Below are positions 1 to 7,389 of a stretch of 24,955 nucleotides of DNA, piece by piece. The stretch spans positions 1-24,955 of IMG/VR virus record IMGVR_UViG_3300049014_000001, one strand, 5' to 3'. Under the pieces are notes generated by a model, which made no database searches, was not told where the DNA came from, and saw only the letters and a program-made list of their open reading frames with translations. Position numbers and translations under genes: made by a program. How positions within the stretch are numbered: position 1 is the stretch's first letter; every line of letters begins with the position of its first letter. The DNA comes from a virus (Duplodnaviria > Heunggongvirae > Uroviricota > Caudoviricetes).

Positions 1-32
1 AGATGAAAGCACTTTTCGCATAAGGAGAAAGA

Positions 33-440
33 ATGACCCAAGTAGCACTGGTAGAGTACAGCCGAGAAATTGGCCCTCGTATTCGTGAACTCGACAAGAA
101 GAAGCAAATCATCAAGGATTTCAAGGAGACTGACGAGAAAGCAATCGAGCTGTCTGACGAAGTTAAAGCAGCACAAGAAAAGCTGAAAGCATACGTCGAA
201 GAACAGAACAAAGATGTTCTGGATGAAATCAAAGGTCTGGAAGGGGAACTGAAAGAGGCTATGAAGGCTGCTGCACGTTCCACCAAGGACACTGAACGTC
301 CGTTCACGGTTGGGGAGCTGAAGCCTTACTTCGTGGCTCGTAACAAGCCTGTTGAACAGGGCAAGCAAAAGCCTGTAGAGAAGGTTATCGTGAAAGGCGA
401 TACCTTTGAAGAACTGGAAACCATCGTAGGAAAGGAATAA
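33..440 (+). CDS. Coiled-coil protein, possibly a GapR/T4 DsbA-like dsDNA-binding protein
   Basis: 135-aa ORF with SD AAGGAG at 22-27. Lys/Glu-rich helical sequence. The segment FTVGELKPYFVARNK resembles the GapR FDVKVLKKVVRIRKQ helix as I recall it. CDS is solid, function is inference. Confidence 0.6.
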   Translation: MTQVALVEYSREIGPRIRELDKKKQIIKDFKETDEKAIELSDEVKAAQEKLKAYVEEQNKDVLDEIKGLEGELKEAMKAAARSTKDTERPFTVGELKPYFVARNKPVEQGKQKPVEKVIVKGDTFEELETIVGKE

Positions 441-442
441 AC

Positions 443-661
443 ATGGCACTAACCACTCAACAAATCGAAGGCTATATTGCCCATTACGCTGCATATCGTG
501 AGCTTCCTCGTGAAGTTATGGATGAACTGTTTGCTTCGGCTCTGACGGTGGCACTACTGTCCGAAGCTAAGGGTAATGTTCCTTCTGCTATCGAAGCTGC
601 GCAAGCTAAGGTAGACGAGGAACCTAAACCTAAACGCACTCCGAAGTCTAAAGGGGAATAA
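443..661 (+). CDS. Hypothetical protein (72 aa, basic C-terminal tail)
   Basis: SD-like AGGAAAGGA just upstream, starts 2 nt after the previous stop, and ends at the convergent hairpin. No family recognised. Confidence 0.7.
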   Translation: MALTTQQIEGYIAHYAAYRELPREVMDELFASALTVALLSEAKGNVPSAIEAAQAKVDEEPKPKRTPKSKGE

Positions 662-694
662 AAAGGAGGGAGAAGCCATAAGCCTCTTCCCTCC
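660..694 (-). terminator. Intrinsic terminator ending the lysis/late transcript, possibly bidirectional
   Basis: Minus strand GGAGGGAAGAG-gcttatgg-CTTCTCCCTCC (one mismatch) followed by TTTTT. Lies between convergent genes. Confidence 0.75.
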
Positions 695-715
695 AACACG
701 CCTACCACAGCGTTC

Positions 716-1261
716 TTACACTTTCTTATCAGCCGGGATAGATTGAGCCAAAAGCTTACTCTTCTCGGCTGAGCCATTTGTAGACCCGTAGTAGTAACTA
801 ATCACTCCAGTCCAAGCCGTACCCAACGTACCCAACATAATGTAAAGTACATCTTTGCTATCTGCTGGAATCTTTCCGTACATCAACGCAGCAAGCACAG
901 AGAAGAATCCCAAAGTAATTGCGTAAGCAAGTACCTTCGGAGTGTTGTCTTTTACTTCAATCTCTCGCTTACGCGCTGAGTCTCGGTCGGCATTACTAGT
1001 TTCCTGTTTCTTAACGCCCAGTTCTTCCATCCTTACGGCAAAGTCCTGATCCGCTTTCTTCAGGGCTAGCATCTGATCCGGCGTAGCACCGCTAATAGCC
1101 GCTACAAGCGCTTCAGCACGTTCGCTGGTACTTGCCCCTTCCTTGCCTCCGAAAACGCCTTCTAGGGCCGCTACAGCCCCTCCAGCAAGGGGGCCACCAA
1201 GAGCTGTAGCTAGAGCTGGAGCAACCTTTCTAAGGATGCCTCCTACTTCTTTCCAATCCAT
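716..1261 (-). CDS. Holin, GTA_holin_3TM-like (PF11351)
   Basis: N-terminal APALATALGGPLAG motif, central DxDSARxRE motif, two C-terminal hydrophobic helices ending in YYYGS. Directly follows the endolysin. Confidence 0.75.
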   Translation of the reverse strand: MDWKEVGGILRKVAPALATALGGPLAGGAVAALEGVFGGKEGASTSERAEALVAAISGATPDQMLALKKADQDFAVRMEELGVKKQETSNADRDSARKREIEVKDNTPKVLAYAITLGFFSVLAALMYGKIPADSKDVLYIMLGTLGTAWTGVISYYYGSTNGSAEKSKLLAQSIPADKKV

Positions 1262-1262
1262 A

Positions 1263-1814
1263 TCAATCTCCTTTAACCTTCACCCTGTTCAGGAACCAGC
1301 CGTAAAGGAAGGCTTCTTGTGAGGGCTTTGTTTTCGATAGCTCAATGTATCGGCTACCTTGCATTACATTCAACATACGCAACAGAACAGTTTCGCCATC
1401 TTTACCGCGTTTAGAAATGTAGGATGCGAGTGCATTCAATGTAGCTGGGCCAATGGCTTTATCTTCTGAGATATCCTTGTAGTCTGCCTGTTCACGATTC
1501 AACAGGTTCAGGCAGGTTTGAAGGATGCCACTAGCGAAGGACACGCCACAGTTGACTCCTGTGTCACAGAGTTCTTCTGCGATGTCAGGTGAGAGCATTG
1601 CTACTCTATCGAAGTGTGGCTCCAGCCAGTACATGTTCTTGTAAATCTGTCGTGCCGTATTCAAAGGCATGTCACGCATCGGGCCGAAGTAGCCATTAGC
1701 TCTCGCTACCCGGATGGTGATGCCATACTTAGTTTCCCCGCCAGCGTCGAGAGGGTTATTTGAATACACTCCTTCCGCTGCGATGATATTGTCAATTACT
1801 GTTTCGATACTCAT
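1263..1814 (-). CDS. Endolysin, glycoside hydrolase family 108 with C-terminal PG_binding_3 domain
   Basis: Catalytic motif EGVYSNNPLDAGGETKYGIT (GH108 EGGYxxxPxDxGGxTxYGIT). C-terminal D-x-x-IGPAT and FLYGWFLNRV motifs. SD GGGAG. Confidence 0.92.
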   Translation of the reverse strand: MSIETVIDNIIAAEGVYSNNPLDAGGETKYGITIRVARANGYFGPMRDMPLNTARQIYKNMYWLEPHFDRVAMLSPDIAEELCDTGVNCGVSFASGILQTCLNLLNREQADYKDISEDKAIGPATLNALASYISKRGKDGETVLLRMLNVMQGSRYIELSKTKPSQEAFLYGWFLNRVKVKGD

Positions 1815-1844
1815 AAAATTAATCTCCCTGAGCCTAAGCCCGAA

Positions 1845-2195
1845 TTACTTTGCCTTGTCGCTACTCAATACTTCAACCATCAAACGAATGTGCGTAAGAA
1901 TGTTCTGCTCCATTACACGCATCGATTCACCAAAGCGGTGAGCCAACTGTTCCAATTCCTTGTCGTGACGTTGTTCCAGTTTGTTAACCAGCTTTTCACT
2001 GCTGTCACGTACGTCATCGATTTCCAATCTAAGACTTGCAGAAATTTCTCGAAGTTGATCTACTTCTGCTTTCTTAGTTAGCTGTTCCGCTTGTTTCTCT
2101 GCTTCCTTTCGTACCATGTTCCAGATAATCCCAACCAGCGTAAAGATTACAGTGATAGCCCCTCCGAGTACTGCCAACCATTGTTCTACATTCAT
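1845..2195 (-). CDS. Single N-terminal TM plus coiled-coil protein, putative holin/antiholin or lysis accessory
   Basis: Hydrophobic aa ~6-26 (WLAVLGGAITVIFTLVGIIW) followed by RKEAEK and heptad-like helices. SD AGAGAGGGA. Immediately upstream of the endolysin. Confidence 0.6.
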   Translation of the reverse strand: MNVEQWLAVLGGAITVIFTLVGIIWNMVRKEAEKQAEQLTKKAEVDQLREISASLRLEIDDVRDSSEKLVNKLEQRHDKELEQLAHRFGESMRVMEQNILTHIRLMVEVLSSDKAK

Positions 2196-2218
2196 TACTT
2201 CCCTCTCTATTTAAAATC

Positions 2219-2671
2219 TTATGGCTTGATTGCGTAAAGCATCGTGCCTGTAATATGACTGTCAGCTCGGAAGCTGTCTCGTCCTGCGGCCTTGAGGGTT
2301 GCTGCTGCAAGCTCAAAACAGAACCAAGAATCGTCCTCTGTGTACTCCCTGTCTGGGCGAAGTGCCAATCCGAACGCTCCCTTGAAGTCGTATTTCTTTC
2401 CTACTTGACTTCTTGCGAACTTCAGTCCAGCTTCTGCATCTGGCACTTCATATTGAACAACCTCAGTAATAGTTGCTCCTTTCATAGCCTCAACTGCAAG
2501 TACACGACGTACGCCATGCGTCAATGAAGCTTCAATTACATACTCCCCATCTTGAATAAGGCAATGGGAAGCTGTAGCATTGTAGAAACGACTACGCGGA
2601 AGTGCCCAACGAATCAGCCACGACACAGGATTACGTTCTCGCTTCGTAAAAACAACTGTGATTGTCTTCAT
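2219..2671 (-). CDS. Permuted papain-like NlpC/P60 amidase (YiiX/YebB, peptidase C92-like)
   Basis: His in ASHCLI precedes Cys in WFCFEL (family FYCSEL). Also VIEAS...GV and SQVGKKYD motifs, and an N-terminal SWLIRW typical of the family. Confidence 0.8.
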   Translation of the reverse strand: MKTITVVFTKRERNPVSWLIRWALPRSRFYNATASHCLIQDGEYVIEASLTHGVRRVLAVEAMKGATITEVVQYEVPDAEAGLKFARSQVGKKYDFKGAFGLALRPDREYTEDDSWFCFELAAATLKAAGRDSFRADSHITGTMLYAIKP

Positions 2672-3505
2672 TTAAATCTCTTCGATGTCTACTGTTGCAT
2701 TGTTACGATTGAAATACGGAGTGCCCATCACTGGAGTTGTATTCAGCTTTCCGTACAACTGGTGTAGCTGCTCCAATTTAGGGTCAGCATTATTTGGATA
2801 CACGCTGATGAAGATTGGCCTAGCCATTCCATTGCCCCACAAGATGTCCCACATCTTTGCTCTATCCTGTTCGTCAAGAGATGGAAGTGAGAAAGTTTGT
2901 TTGCGATGACGTGTACCTCTATCTGTCATTTGATCGCCAGCATCATTGCGGTAATGCTTGCTTGTATCAACAACAGTTAGCGTTGCTCCTTGTTCTGCTC
3001 CAATCTTTGGCTCCCAATAAGCTCCGGCTACTAGCCTACTTACTTCGATGTAGCCTGCTGTGTTGCTAACGTCAACAAGATCAATTACAAGCTTCTTCAC
3101 GTTGGCAGGATTAGAAATCCAAGCACGAGCATATGCACCACCTCCGTAGCTATAGGCATTTACGCCTAGGCTATCAGGCCCCCATCCGAACAACCCAAGA
3201 ATACCGGTAGGACATGCGAAGATAGTCCCTGTGTCGAAGATTGGAGATGAATCCGCTGCATTCGTATATCCACGCACACGGATTGTTGCACCAGAGGTTA
3301 GATTACAAAATGGGAGGGCTACTCCTGAAATTGTTTCGCCCACTGTCCAAGTTGCTGTAATCGTTGCTGTAGTGCTTGTAGAGCGCCATACGGCGCTCTT
3401 AATATCTGTCAGCATATTGCTTGCTACCAAACTTCCCGCTGTTGAGGAAGTTGTCAGCGTAGCTCTATCCGCAGAATTGTCATAGATTACTCTGACATTT
3501 CCCAT
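2672..3505 (-). CDS. Tail tip protein, probably Dit-like with an N-terminal beta-sandwich
   Basis: 277 aa, beta-rich. The C-terminal half (DTSKHYRNDAGDQ...RKQTFSLPSL...PIFISVYP...LYGKL) has the pattern of distal-tail proteins. Dit assignment is inference. Confidence 0.55.
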   Translation of the reverse strand: MGNVRVIYDNSADRATLTTSSTAGSLVASNMLTDIKSAVWRSTSTTATITATWTVGETISGVALPFCNLTSGATIRVRGYTNAADSSPIFDTGTIFACPTGILGLFGWGPDSLGVNAYSYGGGAYARAWISNPANVKKLVIDLVDVSNTAGYIEVSRLVAGAYWEPKIGAEQGATLTVVDTSKHYRNDAGDQMTDRGTRHRKQTFSLPSLDEQDRAKMWDILWGNGMARPIFISVYPNNADPKLEQLHQLYGKLNTTPVMGTPYFNRNNATVDIEEI

Positions 3506-3516
3506 AATTACCTTTC

Positions 3517-6312
3517 TTATTTAACAGCTTCTAGTTCTGCAATACGCTTCAAGGCTGCATCCAACTTATCGCTAAGTTCTTGAACAGCACAACCAATACG
3601 AGGAACAAGCTTGCTGTAGTCAACACACTGATAATCTGGAACTTCTTCTCCTGATTTACCAATCTTCACAGCATCCTTCTCACCTTGCACTGCATCAGGA
3701 ATTGGATTTTGAATCCCTGCCAGTTCGTGAGCAACAGTGCCTTCACCTACTCTGCCATCAGTCTCCCAAATCCAAGTTTGGAATTTGATCTGTTTCAGAG
3801 ATTCAAGTGCTCCAATCATAGGCTTCAACGAAGTCTTCAAACGATAGTCCGAAGAGGTGTTATAAGCTGTAGTGCTACCATTTGAGCTAATATTTCCAGC
3901 GGTAACGATATTTGAACCGTTATCAGTATAGAACTGAATATTCGTTCCACTGCTTGAACTCTGTGAAAGGTCAAGCTGCGCACCTGAAGCACGCAAACGG
4001 ATATTCCCAACAGGATTGAGAGACACACCGGCAACACGTGTGGTAATGTTGTCTTCGTTCTGCTGACCAATCAACAAGTACCCATTAAGGGTAACACGCA
4101 TTTTTTCTGCTCCGTTTGTTCGGAATTGAAGTGGCAAGTAAGTACCTGTGCCGGTTCTGTCCGAAATCACATATGCAGTTGTTGCATCGACACCGCAACG
4201 CAAGAATCCAGCGTTATCTGGAGAATTGCTATTATATGCGGCGTACTGGGCCAAACCAGAAGAAGCATTAGGCAGTGCCCCTACAGAAGTCAAAGCACCG
4301 GCAGTAGAATCTTGGAACATCAAGAAACTGGAAGTGGCTCCCTGACTAAAATTACCTTGGATTCTAGGCGAAGTCGCTGCAATCCTAAATCTTTCTACTC
4401 CTGCGGTGTTAAATACAAGAGGCAAATTTGTACCTGTGCCAGTCGTACCTGTCGTAATGTAGGCAACAGTAGCATTTACTCCGATCTGAGCCATCGAACT
4501 GTTATTTGCGTCAGAAGAGTTATAGGTATTTAGCTGACCTACGTTACCAGTTCCTGCTGGAATAATCCCCAACACAGACGCACCATTTGCAGTTGAGCTT
4601 TGTAGCATAAAACGACTTGCATGCGTTGCATTACTTAGATCAGCCTGTAGCCTATTCTCTGAGGCAATCAACTTCATACGTTCGGCCCCCTGCATGTAAA
4701 ACAGCATAGGCAAGCCAGCACTCGTTGACTGAAGCTGAAGACCCGCACCAGTATTAGATGCAATACTTCCTCGTGAGTTTCCAGAAGAATCTTTAAATGA
4801 TACTACTGTACCTGCTGATCCAGTTGTTCCACTTCCGAGTGACAGGGTACGATATGCGGCACCGTTATCTTCAATTGCTGCACCAAGCAACGACGCATTG
4901 TAGGTAGTAGCGTCATATTTAGCCATCTCATTGCTGTTAACGACAAAAGTCATTGGCAATGCTGTACCTGTACCAGTTTTACCGCTATTAAGCGTGGTTA
5001 CAGTATTGCTAATCGAAGCACTCAGGAAACCAGAGTTATCTGGATCGGCTCCATTCAATGCAACGAAACTAGAGTTTGTAGCTGTTCCATTCGGAATAGC
5101 ATTTACGCTGGTCAATCCGTTTGTCGTAGAAGACTGGAACAACAAACGATTAGCGATAGTAGCGTTTGTGAAGTCTCCTCTGATACGTCGAGCAAGACCA
5201 CTGAACGTAACGTTCTCTACAGTAGTTGTTCCAGTGAATGTAGGAGATGCCTTCTCACCTTGCACGAATGCGCAACTAGCTAGTTGAGTAGTGTTCGTTC
5301 CTGCTGCTGCGGTAGGTGCAGTTGGTGTTCCTGTTAGCGCTGGAGAAGCCAATGGAGCCTTCAAGGCCAGAGCATCAAATACAGCATTTTGCGAAGGAGC
5401 ACGTCCTGTCACGCCATCCGTAATCGAGTCATCAATATCAGTATTTGCTAGGCCAATTGCCCAGTTGGTAGAGGTTTGACCCGGCGTGTCAACCAATGCA
5501 CGGATGAACTGCCTAACTGCTACTGGTGTTCCACCAAGTGTCCCTGCTACACTAATCGTCCAAATGTCGTTCTTCTTTACAGCCCCAGATGCACCAGACC
5601 CGCCAGTTGTTGGGAATGTATTTCCAGAAGCATCGTAGTTACCACGATCATCCCACATGCTCACTACAAGACCATCTGCATAGCTATTAGCACTTGCCAA
5701 TGTAGCGGCATCTGCTGCTGCTTGTGCTGTACTTACAGGCTTGTTGGCGTCACTGGTGTTATCGACGTTTGAAAGACCTACAGCAGCCTTATTAAGCGTC
5801 TGCCATGTTTTATCCCCACGCCAGTATTGGGCCGTAGTTCCTGCGGTGATAGCAGGTTCTTTAGTATTTACTGTAGCCAAAGAGGGCAATTCAATCCACG
5901 CTTGCCATGCTGACGCACTACGGCGACGGTAGTACAAATTATTAGAACCGTAAGGTTGATACATCTGGAATCCAGCCGTACCATATACTTTGTGCATCAC
6001 CATACCCGGCAATGCTGAAACAGGGAATGTGCCAACAGTTGAGGCATTGACGTAGTAAAAACCAGCTACTGCTGTTGCATCGTCAATATCTGCTAGCAAT
6101 GGAGAGGTACTTGTAATTCCCAAACCAACGTTTGCGAGTCCTGTACCAACTGCACCTGAAGCTGCCGCTGCTGATGCTGCTGCATCGTCTGCGCTTTGTT
6201 CTGCTGCTGCTGCACTTGCTGCTGCACTAGAAGCACTAGCTGTTGCTACATCGTCCATAATGTTTAGCTGTTCGATGTAGTCTTTTTGTCCATAATAGAA
6301 ACGGGTAGACAT
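3517..6312 (-). CDS. Side tail fibre with C-terminal intramolecular chaperone (peptidase S74)
   Basis: Ala-rich N-terminal stalk, pyocin-knob-like domain (aa ~72-142), GLSNVDNTSD and KAPLASPALTGTPTAPT fibre motifs, SDYRLK starting the S74 domain at aa 821, and a terminal coiled coil. Confidence 0.92.
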   Translation of the reverse strand: MSTRFYYGQKDYIEQLNIMDDVATASASSAAASAAAAEQSADDAAASAAAASGAVGTGLANVGLGITSTSPLLADIDDATAVAGFYYVNASTVGTFPVSALPGMVMHKVYGTAGFQMYQPYGSNNLYYRRRSASAWQAWIELPSLATVNTKEPAITAGTTAQYWRGDKTWQTLNKAAVGLSNVDNTSDANKPVSTAQAAADAATLASANSYADGLVVSMWDDRGNYDASGNTFPTTGGSGASGAVKKNDIWTISVAGTLGGTPVAVRQFIRALVDTPGQTSTNWAIGLANTDIDDSITDGVTGRAPSQNAVFDALALKAPLASPALTGTPTAPTAAAGTNTTQLASCAFVQGEKASPTFTGTTTVENVTFSGLARRIRGDFTNATIANRLLFQSSTTNGLTSVNAIPNGTATNSSFVALNGADPDNSGFLSASISNTVTTLNSGKTGTGTALPMTFVVNSNEMAKYDATTYNASLLGAAIEDNGAAYRTLSLGSGTTGSAGTVVSFKDSSGNSRGSIASNTGAGLQLQSTSAGLPMLFYMQGAERMKLIASENRLQADLSNATHASRFMLQSSTANGASVLGIIPAGTGNVGQLNTYNSSDANNSSMAQIGVNATVAYITTGTTGTGTNLPLVFNTAGVERFRIAATSPRIQGNFSQGATSSFLMFQDSTAGALTSVGALPNASSGLAQYAAYNSNSPDNAGFLRCGVDATTAYVISDRTGTGTYLPLQFRTNGAEKMRVTLNGYLLIGQQNEDNITTRVAGVSLNPVGNIRLRASGAQLDLSQSSSSGTNIQFYTDNGSNIVTAGNISSNGSTTAYNTSSDYRLKTSLKPMIGALESLKQIKFQTWIWETDGRVGEGTVAHELAGIQNPIPDAVQGEKDAVKIGKSGEEVPDYQCVDYSKLVPRIGCAVQELSDKLDAALKRIAELEAVK
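4093..5187 (-). repeat. Three ~90-aa degenerate repeats in the tail fibre
   Basis: aa 376-465 (nt 5187-4918), 554-644 (4653-4381) and 650-740 (4365-4093). Each starts with R(I/L)xxx(F/L)(T/S)...(F/L)Q(S/D)ST and ends with TGTGTxLP(M/L)xF. Confidence 0.85.
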
Positions 6313-6372
6313 AAAATTCTTTACCTTTCTTTGTAATTCTGTGCTATAATTTCAATAGCGATTATAGGTAGC

Positions 6373-6401
6373 ATTATATCACTACCTCCCTAAAATGTCA
6401 A
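6373..6401 (-). promoter_or_regulatory. Consensus sigma70 promoter P1 for the tail fibre/Dit/lysis unit
   Basis: TTGACA (6401-6396), 17 nt spacer, TATAAT (6378-6373), with extended -10 TG (TGaTATAAT). Confidence 0.9.
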
Positions 6402-6423
6402 AAAGCCGCCCCGAAGGACGGCT
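6400..6423 (-). terminator. Intrinsic terminator with cUUCGg loop after the tail tip genes
   Basis: AGCCGTCC-TTCG-GGGCGGCT (8 bp, one GU) followed by TTTT. The U-tract supplies the TT of the downstream -35. Confidence 0.85.
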
Positions 6424-6428
6424 AATTG

Positions 6429-7124
6429 TCAAGGCATTAATGCAATTTGTGTTGGAGCGTTGGGCCACGATGAACCTGTAGAACCAATCGTAATGCCGTT
6501 GACAGCTTCAAGCATAATCCTGTTCCCTGCGTTTGTATCACTCCTAATCGCTGTCCACAAAAGCTGACTCAGCGTACCCGGAGAGTCATTCAAAAATACG
6601 TACCCGTACGTATTAAATGTACTGTTTGCAAGCATCCAAGGATTAGTACCCATACTGTGACTAACGGCTGAAATAGTTGCTCTATTACCATCACTCACAG
6701 AAGGTAGGGCTGGAACAGTAACTACTTGCCTAACACGCGGAACTTCTCGGTTAGAATCAAAAATCAAGTTACCTGCTGCATCAAATACATTCAATCCAAA
6801 ACCGGGACTACTTGGAGTAAGAGTACTTGCAATACCAAATACTTTATATTCAGTACTACCCGCTACAGGATTTGCAAAATTACCTGTACCCTCTTGCAAA
6901 TCGTACGTCTGAAAAGTAACTGAGTTATTACTCAATGCCGAAATACGTACGAATCTGTTAGGCGTATTGAATCTTACAAATACCAGTGGTCTTACCGTTG
7001 TACTCGTAAAGCTAACAGCAGTTCCAGAAGAGGCTGTTCCTGATGCAAGCAAACTGTAATTAGGGGAGTTGCTATCAATAACAAGTGCTCCCGCGTCATT
7101 ATAAACTTCTAGTCCTACTGCCAT
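6429..7124 (-). CDS. Tail tip accessory protein, candidate receptor-binding protein
   Basis: 231 aa, beta-rich, with two copies of the GLxVx(D/N)xxGxxxxDS motif (aa 4-18 and 110-124). Lies two genes downstream of the gpJ-like gene. Confidence 0.6.
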   Translation of the reverse strand: MAVGLEVYNDAGALVIDSNSPNYSLLASGTASSGTAVSFTSTTVRPLVFVRFNTPNRFVRISALSNNSVTFQTYDLQEGTGNFANPVAGSTEYKVFGIASTLTPSSPGFGLNVFDAAGNLIFDSNREVPRVRQVVTVPALPSVSDGNRATISAVSHSMGTNPWMLANSTFNTYGYVFLNDSPGTLSQLLWTAIRSDTNAGNRIMLEAVNGITIGSTGSSWPNAPTQIALMP

Positions 7125-7125
7125 A

Positions 7126-7389
7126 TTAAATCCTAAAAACGAATAAAGTCTTTGTTCCTGTTCCCGATCCGAACTGGGGCTTAATTACTACTTGATTTGT
7201 CCCTACAACAGGAAACCCTGTATCACATGTTGCGAAATGGGTTCCTGCCGCTGTTCCCGGTGTGCTTACAACTACGTCACTACTTGGATTAGCAGTGAAT
7301 GTATAGGAGCCTACATATCTGAAAGTGTAGTCGTCCGTATCAAGAACAATGTTACCTGACGCATCCCATACTTGAAGTCCTGCTGCCAT
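7126..7389 (-). CDS. Small tail tip protein (87 aa)
   Basis: Likely ATG at 7389 overlapping the upstream stop (TAATG), rather than the TTG at 7395. N-terminal GLQVWDASGNIVLD motif. Confidence 0.7.
   Translation of the reverse strand: MAAGLQVWDASGNIVLDTDDYTFRYVGSYTFTANPSSDVVVSTPGTAAGTHFATCDTGFPVVGTNQVVIKPQFGSGTGTKTLFVFRI

Noticed and set aside
484-777. 97-aa minus-strand ORF after the holin
   Set aside because: It runs through the terminator and is antisense to a gene with a good SD.
2074-2316. Overlapping minus-strand ORF as a possible o-spanin (Rz1-like)
   Set aside because: No signal peptide or lipobox, and not Pro-rich.
6427-6432. Second minus-strand TTGACA just upstream of the P1 terminator
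   Set aside because: No -10 at 16-18 nt (the terminator stem is there). It overlaps the stop codon of the 231-aa gene.
3517-7124. Diversity-generating retroelement or invertible fibre cassette
   Set aside because: No near-identical template/variable repeat pair, reverse transcriptase, invertase or recombination sites were seen. The fibre repeats are highly diverged.
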